A stretch of 64,000 bases of DNA from Octopus vulgaris (Eukaryota), in the NCBI GenBank assembly GCA_951406725.2, contig OX597833.1, positions 42,966,001 through 43,030,000 of the forward strand. The letters run 5' to 3'. Positions 27,012-41,970 of this stretch are shown here, piece by piece (the stretch's first letter is position 1; each line of letters opens with the position of its first letter). The notes below the pieces were generated by a model. That model saw only the letters and a list, made by a program, of their open reading frames with translations, made no database searches and was not told the DNA's origin. Position numbers and translations under genes: made by a program.

Positions 27012-27656
27012 TAGCTTTTGTTATTCACTGTTATGTCTAAACATTCAAGGATTAAGAACGAAGACAAACATTTTCTCTCTTCTCGAAAATCATTGCTCGA
27101 AGGGTGTTCATTTTGCAAATGAGAAAGACTAGATTCGTTGCGACTTTTGCCGAGAAGAAGTGAAACAATATCCTTCACACTCTACTGACGTTTTTAATTT
27201 ATAAACGCGCGCGCGCACACACATACACTCTCTCTCTTTCCCTCTGTATCTCGATTTCTCTTTCGCATTCTCTTACACTTGCATATACACACATATGCAT
27301 ACACACGCATATACATAGCAAGTTAGAAGATTGATTTGATCGATGTAGAAAATATCTTACAGCATTTGTTCCGCTTCTTTACATTCTGAGTTCAAGTGTC
27401 GCCGGTGTTAAGCTTGCCTTTCATCCCATTTTTATTGGGTGGGAGTATAAAATATAGTACCAGTAAAGTACTGCGGTCGATAGTATAGAATTAATCTCTT
27501 ACCCTTCTGAATTTTTGACTGAAACTAGAAACTAGAAACCATATATACATACTTGCACACACTCACACACAGACACACGTATATGTATATATGCACATAG
27601 ATACATATAAACACACACACACACCCACACACACACACACACACACACATATATAG

Positions 27657-28120
27657 ACTGGGGTTGGACAAAATGGAAACACCTAGCATCATAGCATCAT
27701 AATTTTGAAATATCTATAAGACCGTCAAAAGCATGTTTATTTTTATGGGTTTTGATTTATTAATTTTGTTGCTTAATATGGTTTGTTAAAATTGCTGTTT
27801 CTTTTCAGATATCATCAGAAAAGAGTAATTAAAATTCATCAAAATGAGAGATCTATCGGACTTTCAAAGAGGCCAAATTCTTGGTCCTCGTATGGCAGGC
27901 GCTAGCGTAACGAAAACAGCCGAAATGTTTGGTGTATCAAGAAGTACTATCTCGAAAGTAATGACAGCCTTTGAGAAAGAGGGAAAAAACCTCCTCATCA
28001 AAACAAAACTTCAAGAAACCAAAACTTTCAGATAGGGACTATCGGACTATTACACAAATTGTTAGAAAGGATCATAAAAGTACAGCTCCCAAAATTACTG
28101 CAGAGCTTAATGACCACTTT

Positions 28121-28122
<2 letters not shown>
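27657..28122 (+). mobile_element. Tc1-like transposon 5' fragment (TIR + paired HTH)
   Basis: TIR-like CTGGGGTTGGACAAAATGGAAACACC; MRDLSDFQRGQILG..GASVTKTAEMFGVSRSTISKV..(frameshift)KPKLSDRDYRTITQIVRKDHKSTAPKITAELN; truncated at (TA)n. Confidence 0.85.
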
Positions 28123-28180
<58 letters not shown>

Positions 28181-28186
<6 letters not shown>

Positions 28187-28940
28187 GGGAATATGATTCC
28201 AAACTTACAGGGGAAAATTCAATACTAAATAAAATGTCACAATATATAATACATCATGTAGCAATTCAACAATGATATACTTAAATCATGCCATATAGAA
28301 AAAAATTAAAGATACGATAAAACATTTACCTAGAACTAAATAAACTACGAAATAATGAATAAATAGTATATAATTAGAATTAGACTACACGTGTTTCGTG
28401 GTTATATTCACAAATTGATAACATTAAAATCAATACGTAACTATAGTATATCATTACTGGAAAATTATAATACAAGTAATTAAAGCAATATATTTAAAAC
28501 AATATATATATATATAAAAAATACATAACATACATTAAGTGAAGCTAAAATACTAAAACTTCATGCTAACTTAAATACGTAATACTACTACAAACTATAA
28601 CTACAAGAATTAAAAATAGAAAATGGTTCAAATATATACACACAAATTAGTTAAACTTATTTTATAAGATAATACATGTACATTTATTTAATTATTTTAT
28701 TGTCTTTATCTCGGACCTGATGAGTGACTATATTTAAATTGAATTGATTTTAATGTTATCAATTTGTAAATATAGCTACGAAACACGTGTGGTCTAATTA
28801 CTAATTATATACTATTTATTTATTATTTCGTGTTTTATTTAGTCCTAGGTAAATGTTTTATCGCATCCGTAATTTTTTTCTATATGGTATGATTTAAGAA
28901 TATCATTGTTGAATTGCTACATGGTGGTTCTTCCCTAATT
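28181..28940. mobile_element. TA-anchored fold-back hammerhead element
   Basis: Shared terminus ATATTAGGGAAT..TCCAAACTTACAGGGG; ~180-bp inverted arms 28252-28434 / 28743-28926; ends TTCCCTAAT before (TA)n. Confidence 0.8.
28713..28795 (+). ncRNA. Type I hammerhead ribozyme motif (56-nt stem II)
   Basis: GGAC-CTGATGA-GTGACTATATTT..AAATATAGCTAC-GAA ACACGTGT G-GTCT; triplet is GUG here but GUA in the mirror arm at 28381-28400. Confidence 0.75.
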
Positions 28941-28950
28941 TATATATATA

Positions 28951-29019
<69 letters not shown>

Positions 29020-29133
29020 ATACACAAACTTACTGTTTACAAAAGTCGGGATGCGTGGCGTTCAGTCATTCAATAAATGATGCATACAAATATATGTTTG
29101 AATAAATATCTATATCTAGCAATCTCTCTCTCT

Positions 29134-29210
<77 letters not shown>

Positions 29211-29579
29211 AGTATATATATATAAATATATATATGTATGTGCATATATATATGTGTGTGTGTGTGTGTGGATGTATATGTATATAAAAATATCTGAACA
29301 TACTTATATCTACTTGTATGCAAACATGTGTGTGTGTGCGAGCGCGTGGGTGTATATGTATGTATGCATATGCGAAATTTTTTTGAAAATAACTTCTTAT
29401 TTGCCAATTGCCTACAAATAATATATAAATCATGTCTGTATAATAGATTATGTCTGCAATTTCGTTCCATAGTTAAAGAAGTACATAAATAGACCGTGGC
29501 TGAATAATATTGCACAGTAATTAGATGATTATTGTAATATCTATTGTTATAGATTGCATTATTCCCCGTTATAGTTAGA

Positions 29580-30400
<821 letters not shown>

Positions 30401-30631
30401 CGCGTGAGTGTATATTTAGATATCTGAGGGTAAAATAGGTTGTATATTGTGTTATAGCGTGACACAGATTTTTTTTTCTTGTTCTTTTTATTTCAAACAA
30501 CAGAACGCGAAGATAATCATATGGGATAAATTACGAAAAGTTACAATCTACTCCATCTCTCATCCTACTTCTTCAGCTTCAGTAGCTTTGCAAAAGTATT
30601 ATTTGTTGGCTCATTTCCACAACTGTACCAT

Positions 30632-31000
30632 TACCGCCGCCGCCGCGGCCTGCCGACGCCAACGCCGCCACCGTCACCGCCGCCGCCACCGCCACCGCCA
30701 CCGCCACCACCGCCGCTGCCGTCGCCACCACCCGCCGCCACCTACACCACCACCACCGCCACCACCCGCCACCACCACCACCACCACCACCAATCACCGT
30801 CACCACCACCCGCCATCACCACCACCCGCCGTCACCACCACCACCACCACCACTATCCGCCATCACCACCACCACCGCCGCCACCACCCGCCGTCACCAC
30901 CACCACCACCACTACCCGCCATCACCACCACCACCGCCGCCGCCGCCGCCGCCACCGCCGCCACCACCACCACCACCACCACCACAACCACCACCACCAG
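30632..31000. repeat. GC-rich (CCG/CCA)n trinucleotide tract
   Basis: Directly visible; isolated CpG-rich stretch in an AT-rich background. Confidence 0.95.
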
Positions 31001-32589
31001 TCACTATAATGCTTCTGTATGCTGCATGCACTACAGTAGAATATTTTACACCCTCAACAAGCTACATGGTCGCTAAACAATAAAAATATTAAAGTGCAGG
31101 CTTGCTAGATCAATTTCACAAAAAGTAGCACAAAATCTTTTTTTTTTTTTTTCAAAAAGTAACGGATTGTGTTTGACTGTAGCTCTAAATTAAATTAAAT
31201 ACATATATAAGGATTATATGATGTATTTCGTTCCACTTCAATTCACTTCATTTCATATATTTCAGCAACATAAAAAGTTGAATAGATTCTTAACAAGATA
31301 TTTCGCTCCCTTGAGATGAAAAAGAAAAATGACCAAATTGAATGTATGCGTGGGTGCCTGTTGGCTGTGTGTGTGTGTGTGTGTGTAGTGCTTGTTTATG
31401 TGTGTGTATATATATCATGCATGTGCGTATATATATATATATGAATGAATATGTATGTATACATACATGTATGTGTATGTGTGTATGTGTGTGTATGTGT
31501 GTGTGTGAGTGTATTTCAGAATGCATTTCAGAAAAGTGACACAATCTGATAATCCTGTTGCAGTGTGTAGAGTAGTTTTGATGTTTAAAATGTAAAATAG
31601 CCCCTCAAATTGTCTACATGCGTACACAGGATCACAATGCACCCTACTAGGCTCTTCTATATTATATCGTATGACCTAAACTATTCACCTTTCCCTATAC
31701 TATACGCATTGCACAATACTATTCCTAATCACACTACCCTAAACCACATTGCACAACCCTATAACTAGACTATATCGTGCAGCAGTTAAGAAAACCTAAC
31801 TACACTGTACCAAACCACTTTATCCGAAACTACAATAGTGCACTGGACCAATGATGAACAACCATTTTTAGAAGGGGATCACAATGTTCGCTGGGAAATT
31901 TTAAGGATCACCCAATCCATCCATCCACCCATCCACCCATCCATCCATCCTTCCATTTATCCATCTAAGCCGCCTTCTATTTCGAGGTGGGTCAATGGGG
32001 AAAAGCCCTTCGGTACTTCCCCCATACGGTTCTATCATAGGCATCTGTCATTAAACTTCCCTCCTGGATTCCTATGTATGACTAATTATGACTATGGATG
32101 TTGTTCAACCTTCTTACTCGTAGTCTACCCCTGGGTCTCCTACAAGTTGGTTCGGCTTGAAGAATCGTCTTGCGATGTTTTCCTTCAGCATTCTCACCGC
32201 ATGTCCCCAGTACTGGCGCATTGTCCTCTCAATGTGGAGAAGTAGCGGCTAGACTTATGGAGATTCTCTGATCTCCGAGCTATGGAACCAGCGGAGTGAT
32301 GTTTCTTCAGGGTTCTTTCAGAGGAATCCTATATCTCAAGAATCGCTAATGCTCGTATTTGTGATTGCCCATAGGTGAGGGTAAGCTCGACCACTGAACT
32401 GAAAATAGCGAGTGTGGATTTGTATTGCCAACCTCTCCCCTTCTGAGCATCGAACACTGGAGCCGTTGCATTACTGTGCCAGCACCTTCAATTCTAGCTG
32501 AGTATTTATGAATCCGTCGTCATCTCAACATTATTTATACGGTTGCGAAACAAGGATACTTTTATGAGCGGGACATCAAAATGCTGGAA

Positions 32590-32810
32590 TTTTTTCATTA
32601 AAAAAAATAAGCTCTGCAGCAGGGTAAACTAAAATGCGAGGATTTTAGAACCAATAATGCTGCCACAGTAAAAGTCAACAGTTGAGCTAGAAAATGCCCC
32701 ATCATGAGAGACTGGCTGCTATGGTCAGGACATGTGATTAGAATGAAATGAGAGATTTCCTCGTCAAATACTTCTTAGTAAACCAACCATTGAGGAAAGA
32801 CCACATGTGT
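32590..32810 (+). mobile_element. RTE-type LINE fragment
   Basis: Degenerate LLWSGHVIRM..RFPRQILLS..ERP motif. Confidence 0.5.
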
Positions 32811-34106
32811 GACAAGTATGTGTTCAAGAATTCTTTGCACGTACAGAAAAGAGGGTTTCGTTCTGGGGTTAGATCATTTCATAAAGACTCATTTTGATAG
32901 TTTTCTAAATACTGAAGGGCTAATTCAATTCTGTAATCCATATCTTTTCCGGAGCACAGTTATTGCAAAGAACACTTCTAAGATAGAAAAATGGAATTAG
33001 TTTGCTCGCGAGATGTAACAAAGATGGTAATTTTAAATTCAAGGAAGTTAGGTTTTGGAGAAAATTAGGCGAAGTCTTAGGCTTTATTACTAATCACTGC
33101 GAGACCAATGAGATCAGGTGCACAGATAGAGTCGTTTGCTTTCAGGTGTCCTTGGTATATATGACGGGGAGAAAAGTTGTTACCTGTGTATTGAAGTTCT
33201 AAAATGCATTAGATGCTGGTAACTCTATGGGATCGAAATATTCACTAATAAAAGGGTATCTGATATCACCAACACCTGGATTGTTCAGAGAAAGTTTTGT
33301 GTTAATCTGTGTAACAAATGATTGAGAAGGTGTTAGTGTAGGTTCGACGTGGAAATGATTAGGGAAATGCTTAACATGTTTCTGTGGAGGGATGAACAGA
33401 TAAGTGATTAATGTGGTGACTGAAGGACGAATGCTTAGTGAAGTGCTGACTGTGTTGATCTGCGGGGGGGGGGGGCATTGATAAAGTGTTTAGTGTGTGT
33501 TCTGGGAACAAATAATTTGAAAAGTGTTTAATGTTGGAGTTAGGGGAAAGAAAAGATCATTGTATGTTTAATGAAGGGTTCCGAGAAAGGGAAACTAAAG
33601 AGGTGATTTGTATAGAACCGGTGATGGGTAAGAGAGAATTATTGTGAATATATTTATGGTGTGAAGAAGGTGTGACTAGGGCGGTATATAGTGCATTGTC
33701 TGGAGGAAGATATAGAAGAAGTGTTTAGTATTAGGTTAGAAATGGGAATTATTAGTGAAGTATCTAATGAAGGGGTCTGGATGATAAAACATAACACTGA
33801 GGAGAGGTTTAACTATGGAACTGTCTGGGGAGCTTGAGTGGAGGTGATGTACCGTTAGACATTTTAGTGGAGCAGAAACATATAAAAAGGAAGAGGAGGG
33901 AAAAAGTACTAGTCCGATGCATTAGCATTTGGCTATAATGTGTTACTGAGTGACACTTCGTTAATCTTCTTTTTGTTTTTGCTTTTGGTGAGGAGGGGCG
34001 CTGATTTGGTGGAGGTGTGTGGAATATCATTAAGATGTTTGTGTATAAATAAGCTGCGACAATAGTATTATCTGAGGAAGTTAAGCTATTCATTTTGTCA
34101 ACAAAA

Positions 34107-34385
34107 TGCAGGAGTGGCTGTGTGGTAAAGTAGCTTGCTTACCAACCACATGGTTCCGGGTTCAGTCCCACTGCGTGGCACCTTCTACTATAGCCTCGGG
34201 CCGACCAAAGCCTTGTGAGTGGATTTGGTAGGAGGAAACCCCGTCGTATATATGTGTATATATATATATATAACTGCTAAGTGACGGGGACGTAAACACA
34301 CCAGCATCGGTTGTCAAGCGATGTCGGGGGGACAAACACAGACACACAAACATGCACACACACACACACACAAATATATATATAC

Positions 34386-34458
<73 letters not shown>

Positions 34459-34665
34459 CATGTTTGTGTGTCTGTGTTTGTCCCACCGACATCGCTTGAC
34501 AACCGATGCTGGTGTGTTTACGTCCCCGTCACTTAGCAGTTCGGCAAAAGAGACCGATAGAACAAGCACTAGGCTTACAAAGAAAAAGTACTGGGGACGA
34601 TTTGATCGACTAAAGGCGGCGCTCCAGCATGGCCACAGTCAAATGACTGAAACAAATAAAAGAAT
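34107..34665 (+). mobile_element. Family-B SINE with an internal 87-bp inverted duplication
   Basis: 34272-34358 is the reverse complement of 34455-34541 (one mismatch). Confidence 0.9.
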
Positions 34666-34781
34666 AACTGATAAGTGTTGAGCTATGATTCATATTAGAA
34701 TGAAAAATATTAGTTAATGGAATGCTGGAGGACAAGTTATAAAATAATAGGATGGTCACGACAATAACGGCTTTTAACATA

Positions 34782-35197
34782 TATTTCTTTATTGCCCACA
34801 GGGGGCTAAACATAGAGGGGCCAAACAAGGAAAGACAAAGGTATTAAGTCGATTACATCGATCCCAGGATTTAACTGGTACTTATTTAATCGACCCCGAA
34901 AGGATGAAAGGCAAAGTCAACCTCAGCGGAATTTGAACTCAGAACTTAACGGCAGACGAAATACCTATTTCTTTACTACCCACAAGGGGCTAAACATAGA
35001 GAAGATAAACAAGGACAGACAAACGGATTAAGTCGATCATATCGACCCCAGTGCGTAAATGGTACTTATTTAATCGACCCCGAAAGGATGAAAGGCAAAG
35101 TTGACCTCAGTGGAATTTGAACTCAGAACGTAACGGCTGACAAAATACCGCTAAGCATCTCGTCCGGCGTGCTAACGATTCTGCCAGTTCGCCGCCC
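34782..35197 (-). mobile_element. Family-A SINE dimer
   Basis: 15-bp TSD ACGGCTTTTAACATA / ACGGCTTTTAGCATA. Confidence 0.9.
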
Positions 35198-35364
35198 TAC
35201 GGCTTTTAGCATACATGTGCTCGTTCAGTGTTGTGTTGGAGATAACTAACACCAGAAGCAGCAACATGGCCTGGTCACTAGGCCATGCTAGAAATAGAAG
35301 CTAAATCTGCTTCATATTTCAAAGATGGAAGTGAACGTTGAATTATGCAGTTTTAAATATATTA

Positions 35365-36153
35365 TTGGGTTGTTAGATAAATTCTTTCCTCTCTTTCCAG
35401 AGTTTTGTGAATTAAAACGAAAAATATATTTACCGCAATGTTTAAATTTTACCTCCTTTCAGAGATATGACGATGGAATTCCAAGCAGAAAGAAAATGAC
35501 CATTTTCGACACTTCCTTCTCTTTGTCTTCAATCACGGTTCCAAAGCTGCCAAAGCCACTCGAGACATTTATATTGAGTACGGAGATGGCGCTTTTACTG
35601 AAAGATTGGAATAGTAAAAGTTTTCACCTTTCAAGGAAAAATTCGACCTCACAGACTCTCCGAGTTCCAGTCGACCTATTCACTTCAATGAGGATTGCTT
35701 GAACGAACTCGCTCACGAGGATTCGCGCCAATCCATTAGGGAATTGGCCCAGCAGATAAGATGCTTTGATGATATCGTTACCTGTTACTTTCATTCGATG
35801 AGTTGGGTTCAAACGATCGGACAAGCGATACGGCATGCTTCTTCAACACGACAGCTCTTGTGCCCACGTCGCGAATGAAGAGCACGGTTTGAAAGTTCTA
35901 CAAAACTCTGCGTACTCTCCTGATATAGTACCTTAAAACATCATCCTTTTCGAACTCTCTCCAATAGTTTCCGAGGCGTTTCGCTCAACTAAAGCGTGGA
36001 GATGCAAAAGTGGTTCGATAAATTCTTCGAATCAAGACCCACAGATTCGTAACGTCAAGGCATAGGCAAGCTAAAGATTGTTGTTGAGAAATAAGAATTA
36101 AAATTTATGTGGAAAAAATAAAAAGCAACGAACGATTTTATCTGACAACGCAA
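35365..36153 (+). mobile_element. Internally deleted mariner element
   Basis: TIRs TTGGGTTGTTAGATAAA / TTTATCTGACAACGCAA after TA; relic HFRHFLLFVFNHGSKAAKATRDI..YGDGA and LLQHD..AYSPDIVP. Confidence 0.8.
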
Positions 36154-36256
36154 CAAAATGAGAAAATTACTAATATGTATTCACATATGTATATATGTAT
36201 TTCTGCCTGCCTGCCAGCTTGGCTTTGTCTGTCTGTCTGTCTATATATACATGCAT

Positions 36257-36304
<48 letters not shown>

Positions 36305-36335
36305 TCATGCATGCATACATACATACATACATACA

Positions 36336-36410
<75 letters not shown>

Positions 36411-36465
36411 GAAATAACAAATGTCCCACCGTACTCCTTGGTGACTCGAAATTTTTCAATATATT

Positions 36466-36683
36466 CTTTTATTCGTTTCAGTCATTTGACTTCGGCCATG
36501 TTGGAACACCGCCTTTAGTCGAACAAATCCATCCCAGTACTTTGAAAGCCTAGTACTTATTGTATCGGTCTCTTTTGCCAAACCGCTAAGTTACGGGGAC
36601 GTAAATACACCAACATAGTTGTCAAGCTGTGGTGGGAGGGGAGACAAACACAGACACACAAACACATACACATGCATACATAT

Positions 36684-36745
<62 letters not shown>

Positions 36746-36863
36746 TAGACAACCATGCTGGTGTGTTTACATCCCCGTAACTTAGCTGTTTGGCAAAAGT
36801 CACCGATAAAATAAGCACTAGGGTTACAAAAAAATATGCCCTGAGTTTGATTTGTTCGACTAA
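36466..36863. mobile_element. Two opposed family-B SINE 3' halves joined at a TA tract
   Basis: Minus half 36466-36720 and plus half 36746-36863. Confidence 0.75.
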
Positions 36864-37114
36864 CTTTTAACTTATACTACCAATAACTAGTACAAAAACA
36901 ACAACTACAACAGCTACAGCAAAAGCAACACCAAAACAACAACAACAACAGCAACAAAAATAACTGCAATAACACACACATATACACATAGGCTCGCATA
37001 TTTAAGACGAATATCAATAAACAGTCACTTCTATCACCATTACTAACATAACACTTGGCAATAACCACCGCCATCAACTCTACCATCGCTATCTTTACTA
37101 CTACCACCACCATA

Positions 37115-37430
37115 TATGTATGCACTATGTATGTATGTATGTATGTATGTATGTATGTATGTATGTATGTATGTATGTATGTGTGTATGTAAGTATGTAT
37201 GTGTGTATGTATGTGTGTATGTAAGTATGTATGTATGTATGTATGTGTGTATGTATGTATGTATGCATGTATGTATGTATGTGTGTGTGTATGTATGTGT
37301 GTATGTATGTATGTATGTATGTATGTATGTATGTATGTGTGTATGTATGTATGTGTGTATGTGTATATTTATGTATGTATGTATGTGTGTATGTATGTAA
37401 TTATGTATGTATGTATGTACGCATGTATGT
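37115..37430. repeat. (GTAT)n tetranucleotide tract
   Basis: Directly visible. Confidence 0.95.
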
Positions 37431-37692
37431 GTTACTTATATATACAATATTTTCTCTCGCCTTTTAGTTTCTACGTGTACACGTCTCAATATATATATAT
37501 ATCTAAGTATATATATATATGCATATATATATATATATATATTTATATACATAGATGTATACATATATATGTATGTGTTCATATGTATACTTACAAACTT
37601 ACATACAAACATACAAACAGACACACATATGTATATATATATATGTGTGTGTGTGTGTATATATATATGAAATAAATAAAATGTATATAATT

Positions 37693-37731
<39 letters not shown>

Positions 37732-37929
37732 GTATGGAGGTACACACATCAGTTATTCGGTTATTGATATTCTGTTATGTTAACAGTAAGACTACAGTTT
37801 GGTATTCTAAGATACGAACCAACGTATTAGAGGAAAATGTCTGGTGATGTTTGGTCTCCTCACGTCTTATCTGGCTCCGCCGAGGGCCGTTTGGAATTTC
37901 TAACTGTATGTGTGTGCCTATGCTCCTGA

Positions 37930-38006
<77 letters not shown>

Positions 38007-38194
38007 TGAGTCTGTATGTGTCTGAGTGTGTGTTTTATAACTAGAGATAAAATTGTTTAACAGACTGTCAGACTTTCACGGTTTGGCATTGTGGAAAGGA
38101 AATTTGAATTTCGCTGATAAGAACAGTAATAAATCGTACTTTTGAATGCAATGTACTATTGGTGTTATTACATTCGGTATTTATAGATTTTAAC

Positions 38195-38278
<84 letters not shown>

Positions 38279-38369
38279 ATATATATACATATGCAAACAC
38301 ATATATATATATGTGTATTATATATACATATACATATATATAAACACATACACATGTGTATGTATGTAA

Positions 38370-38446
<77 letters not shown>

Positions 38447-39318
38447 TATATGTTCATATATGTTCGCACAGCCATATATTTGTATATGCATTTATAAATA
38501 TTTACGCACATTAAGTCGGCGTTTATATAGAAAATAACGTTCAAGAATGTCAAAACAAGAGGTGCAACTATCCCTAGCCTGTAGGCAACATTTTGAACCG
38601 TATTCAAACTTTAAATTCCCACCCAAATATCTCTCGAAACCCATTTAGCAATGGTTGAAACTTAAAAAAAAAAAATAATTAAATTTAAAATTAGTTAAGA
38701 TTTTGTATGTGTTTCAGTAGAAAATAAGCTTAACAAGTACTAATGTATGGCAATTTTTGCAGTTTTGCCCTGGTGCGTTTTGCCCTGTTTATCACCCTTT
38801 GTAAATCTTAAGCATTTACTTATAGGCAATATTATATTTTATTCCTTTGGAGCAACGTAAGTATTGTTACTGACTACGGCTTTTAGGTCTGTCTCTGCAT
38901 AATACATGGCGAGACTGGCAGTCGCTTCGCGATGTATACTTGATGAGTTTGAATTTTTATCTCTACAAAGACACAATGGACTATAAATTAAAATTTGAAC
39001 AAAGTTCGGCAAAGCTAGTAGGCCGTAATTACTTAGAGAAATTTATTGATTGTGGAGATGCTCGTAGACTGTGTGAAGATTCATACTCCGAATCGATCAG
39101 CTGTATAAGTTAGGAAACGAAAGCACATACCTGAAAAAGTAATGATTGTAACGCTTCTAACAAAAGTAATAATAGACAGAGTAGAAAAACGCCCAACCTA
39201 ACCAACCCGTAGAAAGGTTATACTGTGTAACACGATTTTTGTCCTTGGGTAGTAACTGGTATTTCCTATTTGCTTACTCCTAGAAAGCATGAAAACCTCA
39301 AAGAAACCCTCTCAATAC

Positions 39319-39732
39319 GGCGGAGAGCTGGCAGAGACGTTAGCACGCTGGGCGAAATGCTTAGCGGTATTTCGTCTGCCGCTACGTTCTGAGTTCAAAT
39401 TTCGCCGAGGTCGACTTTGCCTTTCATCCTTTCTGGGTCGATTAAATATGTACCAGTTACGCACTGGGGTCGATATAATCGACTTAATCCGTTTGTCTGT
39501 CCTTGTTTGTCCTCTCTGTGTTTGGCCCCTTGTGGGTAGTAAAGAAATAGGTATTTCGTATGCCGTTACGTTCTGAGTTCAAAATTCGCCAAGGTCGACT
39601 TTGCCCTTTATCCTTTCGAGGTCGATACATTAAGTACCATTTACGCACTGTGGTCGATATAATCGACTTAATCCGTTTGTCTGTCTTTGTTTGTCCCTTC
39701 TGTGTTTAACCCCTTGTGGGCAATAAAGAAAT
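39319..39732 (+). mobile_element. Family-A SINE dimer nested in the solo LTR
   Basis: 18-bp TSD AAGAAACCCTCTCAATAC / AAGAAACCCTCTCAGTAC. Confidence 0.9.
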
Positions 39733-39754
39733 AAGAAACCCTCTCAGTACAATA

Positions 39755-39883
39755 AACTGAACTGAACTTACGGTCCCAGTATTTATACTGCTATCTATAT
39801 TGCCAGAACGTTCTAGAAATTCTTGAAACTTTTAGAAACTTCTTGAAAGTTATTGAAACTTCTAGAAAGTTCTAGAAAGTTCT
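39755..39883 (-). promoter_or_regulatory. Heat-shock-element array + TATA box + Inr
   Basis: Alternating nGAAn/nTTCn pentamers 39805-39883, TATAAATA at 39787-39780, TCAGTT with its A at 39758 (29 nt from the TATA start). Confidence 0.65.
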
Positions 39884-39954
39884 TCTTCATCAATAGATAA
39901 AAGCAAATGAAAATTAACAAAGACAAAAAAAAAATGATTAAAATTTTGTTACAC

Positions 39955-40131
39955 ATAGGTGCAGGCGTGGCTGTGTGGTAAGAAGCTTGCTTACGAACCA
40001 CATGGTTCCGGGTTCAGTCATCTCACTGCGTGGCACCTTCGGCGAGTGTCTCCTACTATAGCCTTGGGGTGAGCAAAGTCTTGTGAGTGGATTTGGTAGA
40101 GGGAAACTGAAAGAAGCCTGTCGTATACACA

Positions 40132-40205
<74 letters not shown>

Positions 40206-40445
40206 TGTATGTATGTAGGATGGTGTGTACATATTTGCATGTCTGTGTTTGTCACCCCACCATCACTTGTCACCGGTATTGGTGTGTTTATGTCCCCGTA
40301 ACTTAGCAGTTCGGCAAAAGAGACCGATAGTATAAGTACTAGGCTTACAAAGAATAAGTCTTGGGTCAGTTTGTTCGACTGAAGGCGATGCCCCAGTATG
40401 GCCACAGTCAAATGAGTGAAACAAGTAAAAGTATAAAAGAAAGAA
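39955..40445 (+). mobile_element. Family-B SINE, full length
   Basis: Head, microsatellite and tail as at 4514. Confidence 0.9.
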
Positions 40446-40799
40446 AAGTGTTATGAATTAATCACAAAAAATACAAAATACAGAAAGAGAAAGAGAGAGT
40501 AAAATGGATATTTATATATATCCATATGTATCTACGTGACCTGAAATAACTAAAAAGCTCAAATAATTTTGCCTAGAAGTCTTGAAATTCTTTCTCTCAA
40601 AAGCTATCTTTCTTTGATCCTGTATATTTGTTTTCTTATTATTCTGTCTTCATATAAATTGTTAGCAAAATGCCCCCTCCCCGTCCAATGGACGGTGCTG
40701 AGTTATCAAACATTTAGACCAAATTTTCTCAAAATAACTTGTCCGACCGTCCCATAGGTCTCCCCTTTGAGAAACACTGATTTAACCTAAATTTGAGAC

Positions 40800-41046
40800 A
40801 CCAGCAACAGAAGAAATAAAGGTAGACTTTTTTCCTATTCCAAGAAAAACGATTTTACAAATGCACGTTCCCACGGCTTTATCGATCACATTCTCACCTG
40901 GAATCGATTTTAGTAATTTTTCCAGACTTATACACGCCCTGATACCGTCGGTATCTACACATTAAATTTGAGTGCAATCGGATGGAGGATGCCCGAGATC
41001 TTAGAATACACACACACAGACTGACACAACGATTTTATATAATAGA
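40800..41046 (-). mobile_element. Helitron/DINE-like non-autonomous fragment
   Basis: Minus strand begins A|TCTATTATATAAAATCGTTGTGTCAGTCTGTG, similar to the 5' ends at 55682 and 56933. Confidence 0.5.
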
Positions 41047-41248
41047 TTATTAACTACCAGTGTATTTATTATCGAACAATATTGTGTAGATCTGAAATGG
41101 CTTCAATTTTTTATGGCTACGAATTCTCTGGGGACTACGTTGGGAATCCCTGATGTAAACACACAGCTGCACCCTTGAAATTAAGTAATGTCGCCCTGAG
41201 TCAACTTGTTATCAAATATCTACAACTCCATTTATTCAATTACTCAAG

Positions 41249-41317
<69 letters not shown>

Positions 41318-41320
41318 ATA

Positions 41321-41548
41321 TAGGGAGAGTTTACGAAAGAAAAAGACGAGGACAGGTGGTGTACAAAACAAACAGATGTATTAGTATAACGCTCAGGAAT
41401 AGAAAAAGTCTTTTACGTTTATAGGCTACGCTCTTCTACAGAAAGGAACACAGAAAACAAGGAGAGAAACAAGGAGAGAAAAAATGTGTGTAGCGGCTAA
41501 CGATCTATCATGGCGTCTGACTCGGACAGAAGGGTTACACACGAGCTA
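41321..41548 (-). mobile_element. PLE-type 3' terminal fragment with minimal hammerhead-like motif (41410-41445)
   Basis: Close match to 59998-60200; minus CTTT-CTGTAGA-AGAGCGTAG..AAACGTA-AAAG; inserted in a TATC/TA tract. Confidence 0.6.
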
Positions 41549-41549
41549 C

Positions 41550-41629
<80 letters not shown>

Positions 41630-41970
41630 TTACATGCATGTGTATTTCATAGTTTTGCCGTGATGTTTTCAGAGGACTGATAAAACGGAGATTACTTAAC
41701 TAAATCTATCAGCTTCCAGCAGTAGAGAGTTTAAGAGCTAGGGTACCCAGAGTGGAATGCCAGTGAGACATCTTGTAGGTTCATCATACCGCTAACATGA
41801 AGTGTCGTTATTGACAAAGACATTTGAACACACGCACGCGCGCACTCACACACATACACTCACATACACTCACACACACAGATACACATGTACGCATACA
41901 CTCACACATATATTGTTTGTATATATATATACATATGTATATATGCATTTATATATATATATATATATAT

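Larger units (their letters stand above)
39226..39953 (-). mobile_element. Probable solo LTR (~300 bp without the nested SINE)
   Basis: Termini TGTAACA..TGTTACA; internal TATA and Inr; TSD not recoverable because a SINE abuts the right end. Confidence 0.6.

Noticed and set aside
30447-31076. 209-aa Arg/His/Pro/Thr-rich ORF
   Set aside because: Open only because of the (CCG/CCA)n tract; no domain or splice context.
32810-34100. Possible LINE endonuclease relic on the minus strand (also 25420-25720, 43800-44230, 50300-50560)
   Set aside because: Composition is suggestive but motifs are too degraded to call by eye.
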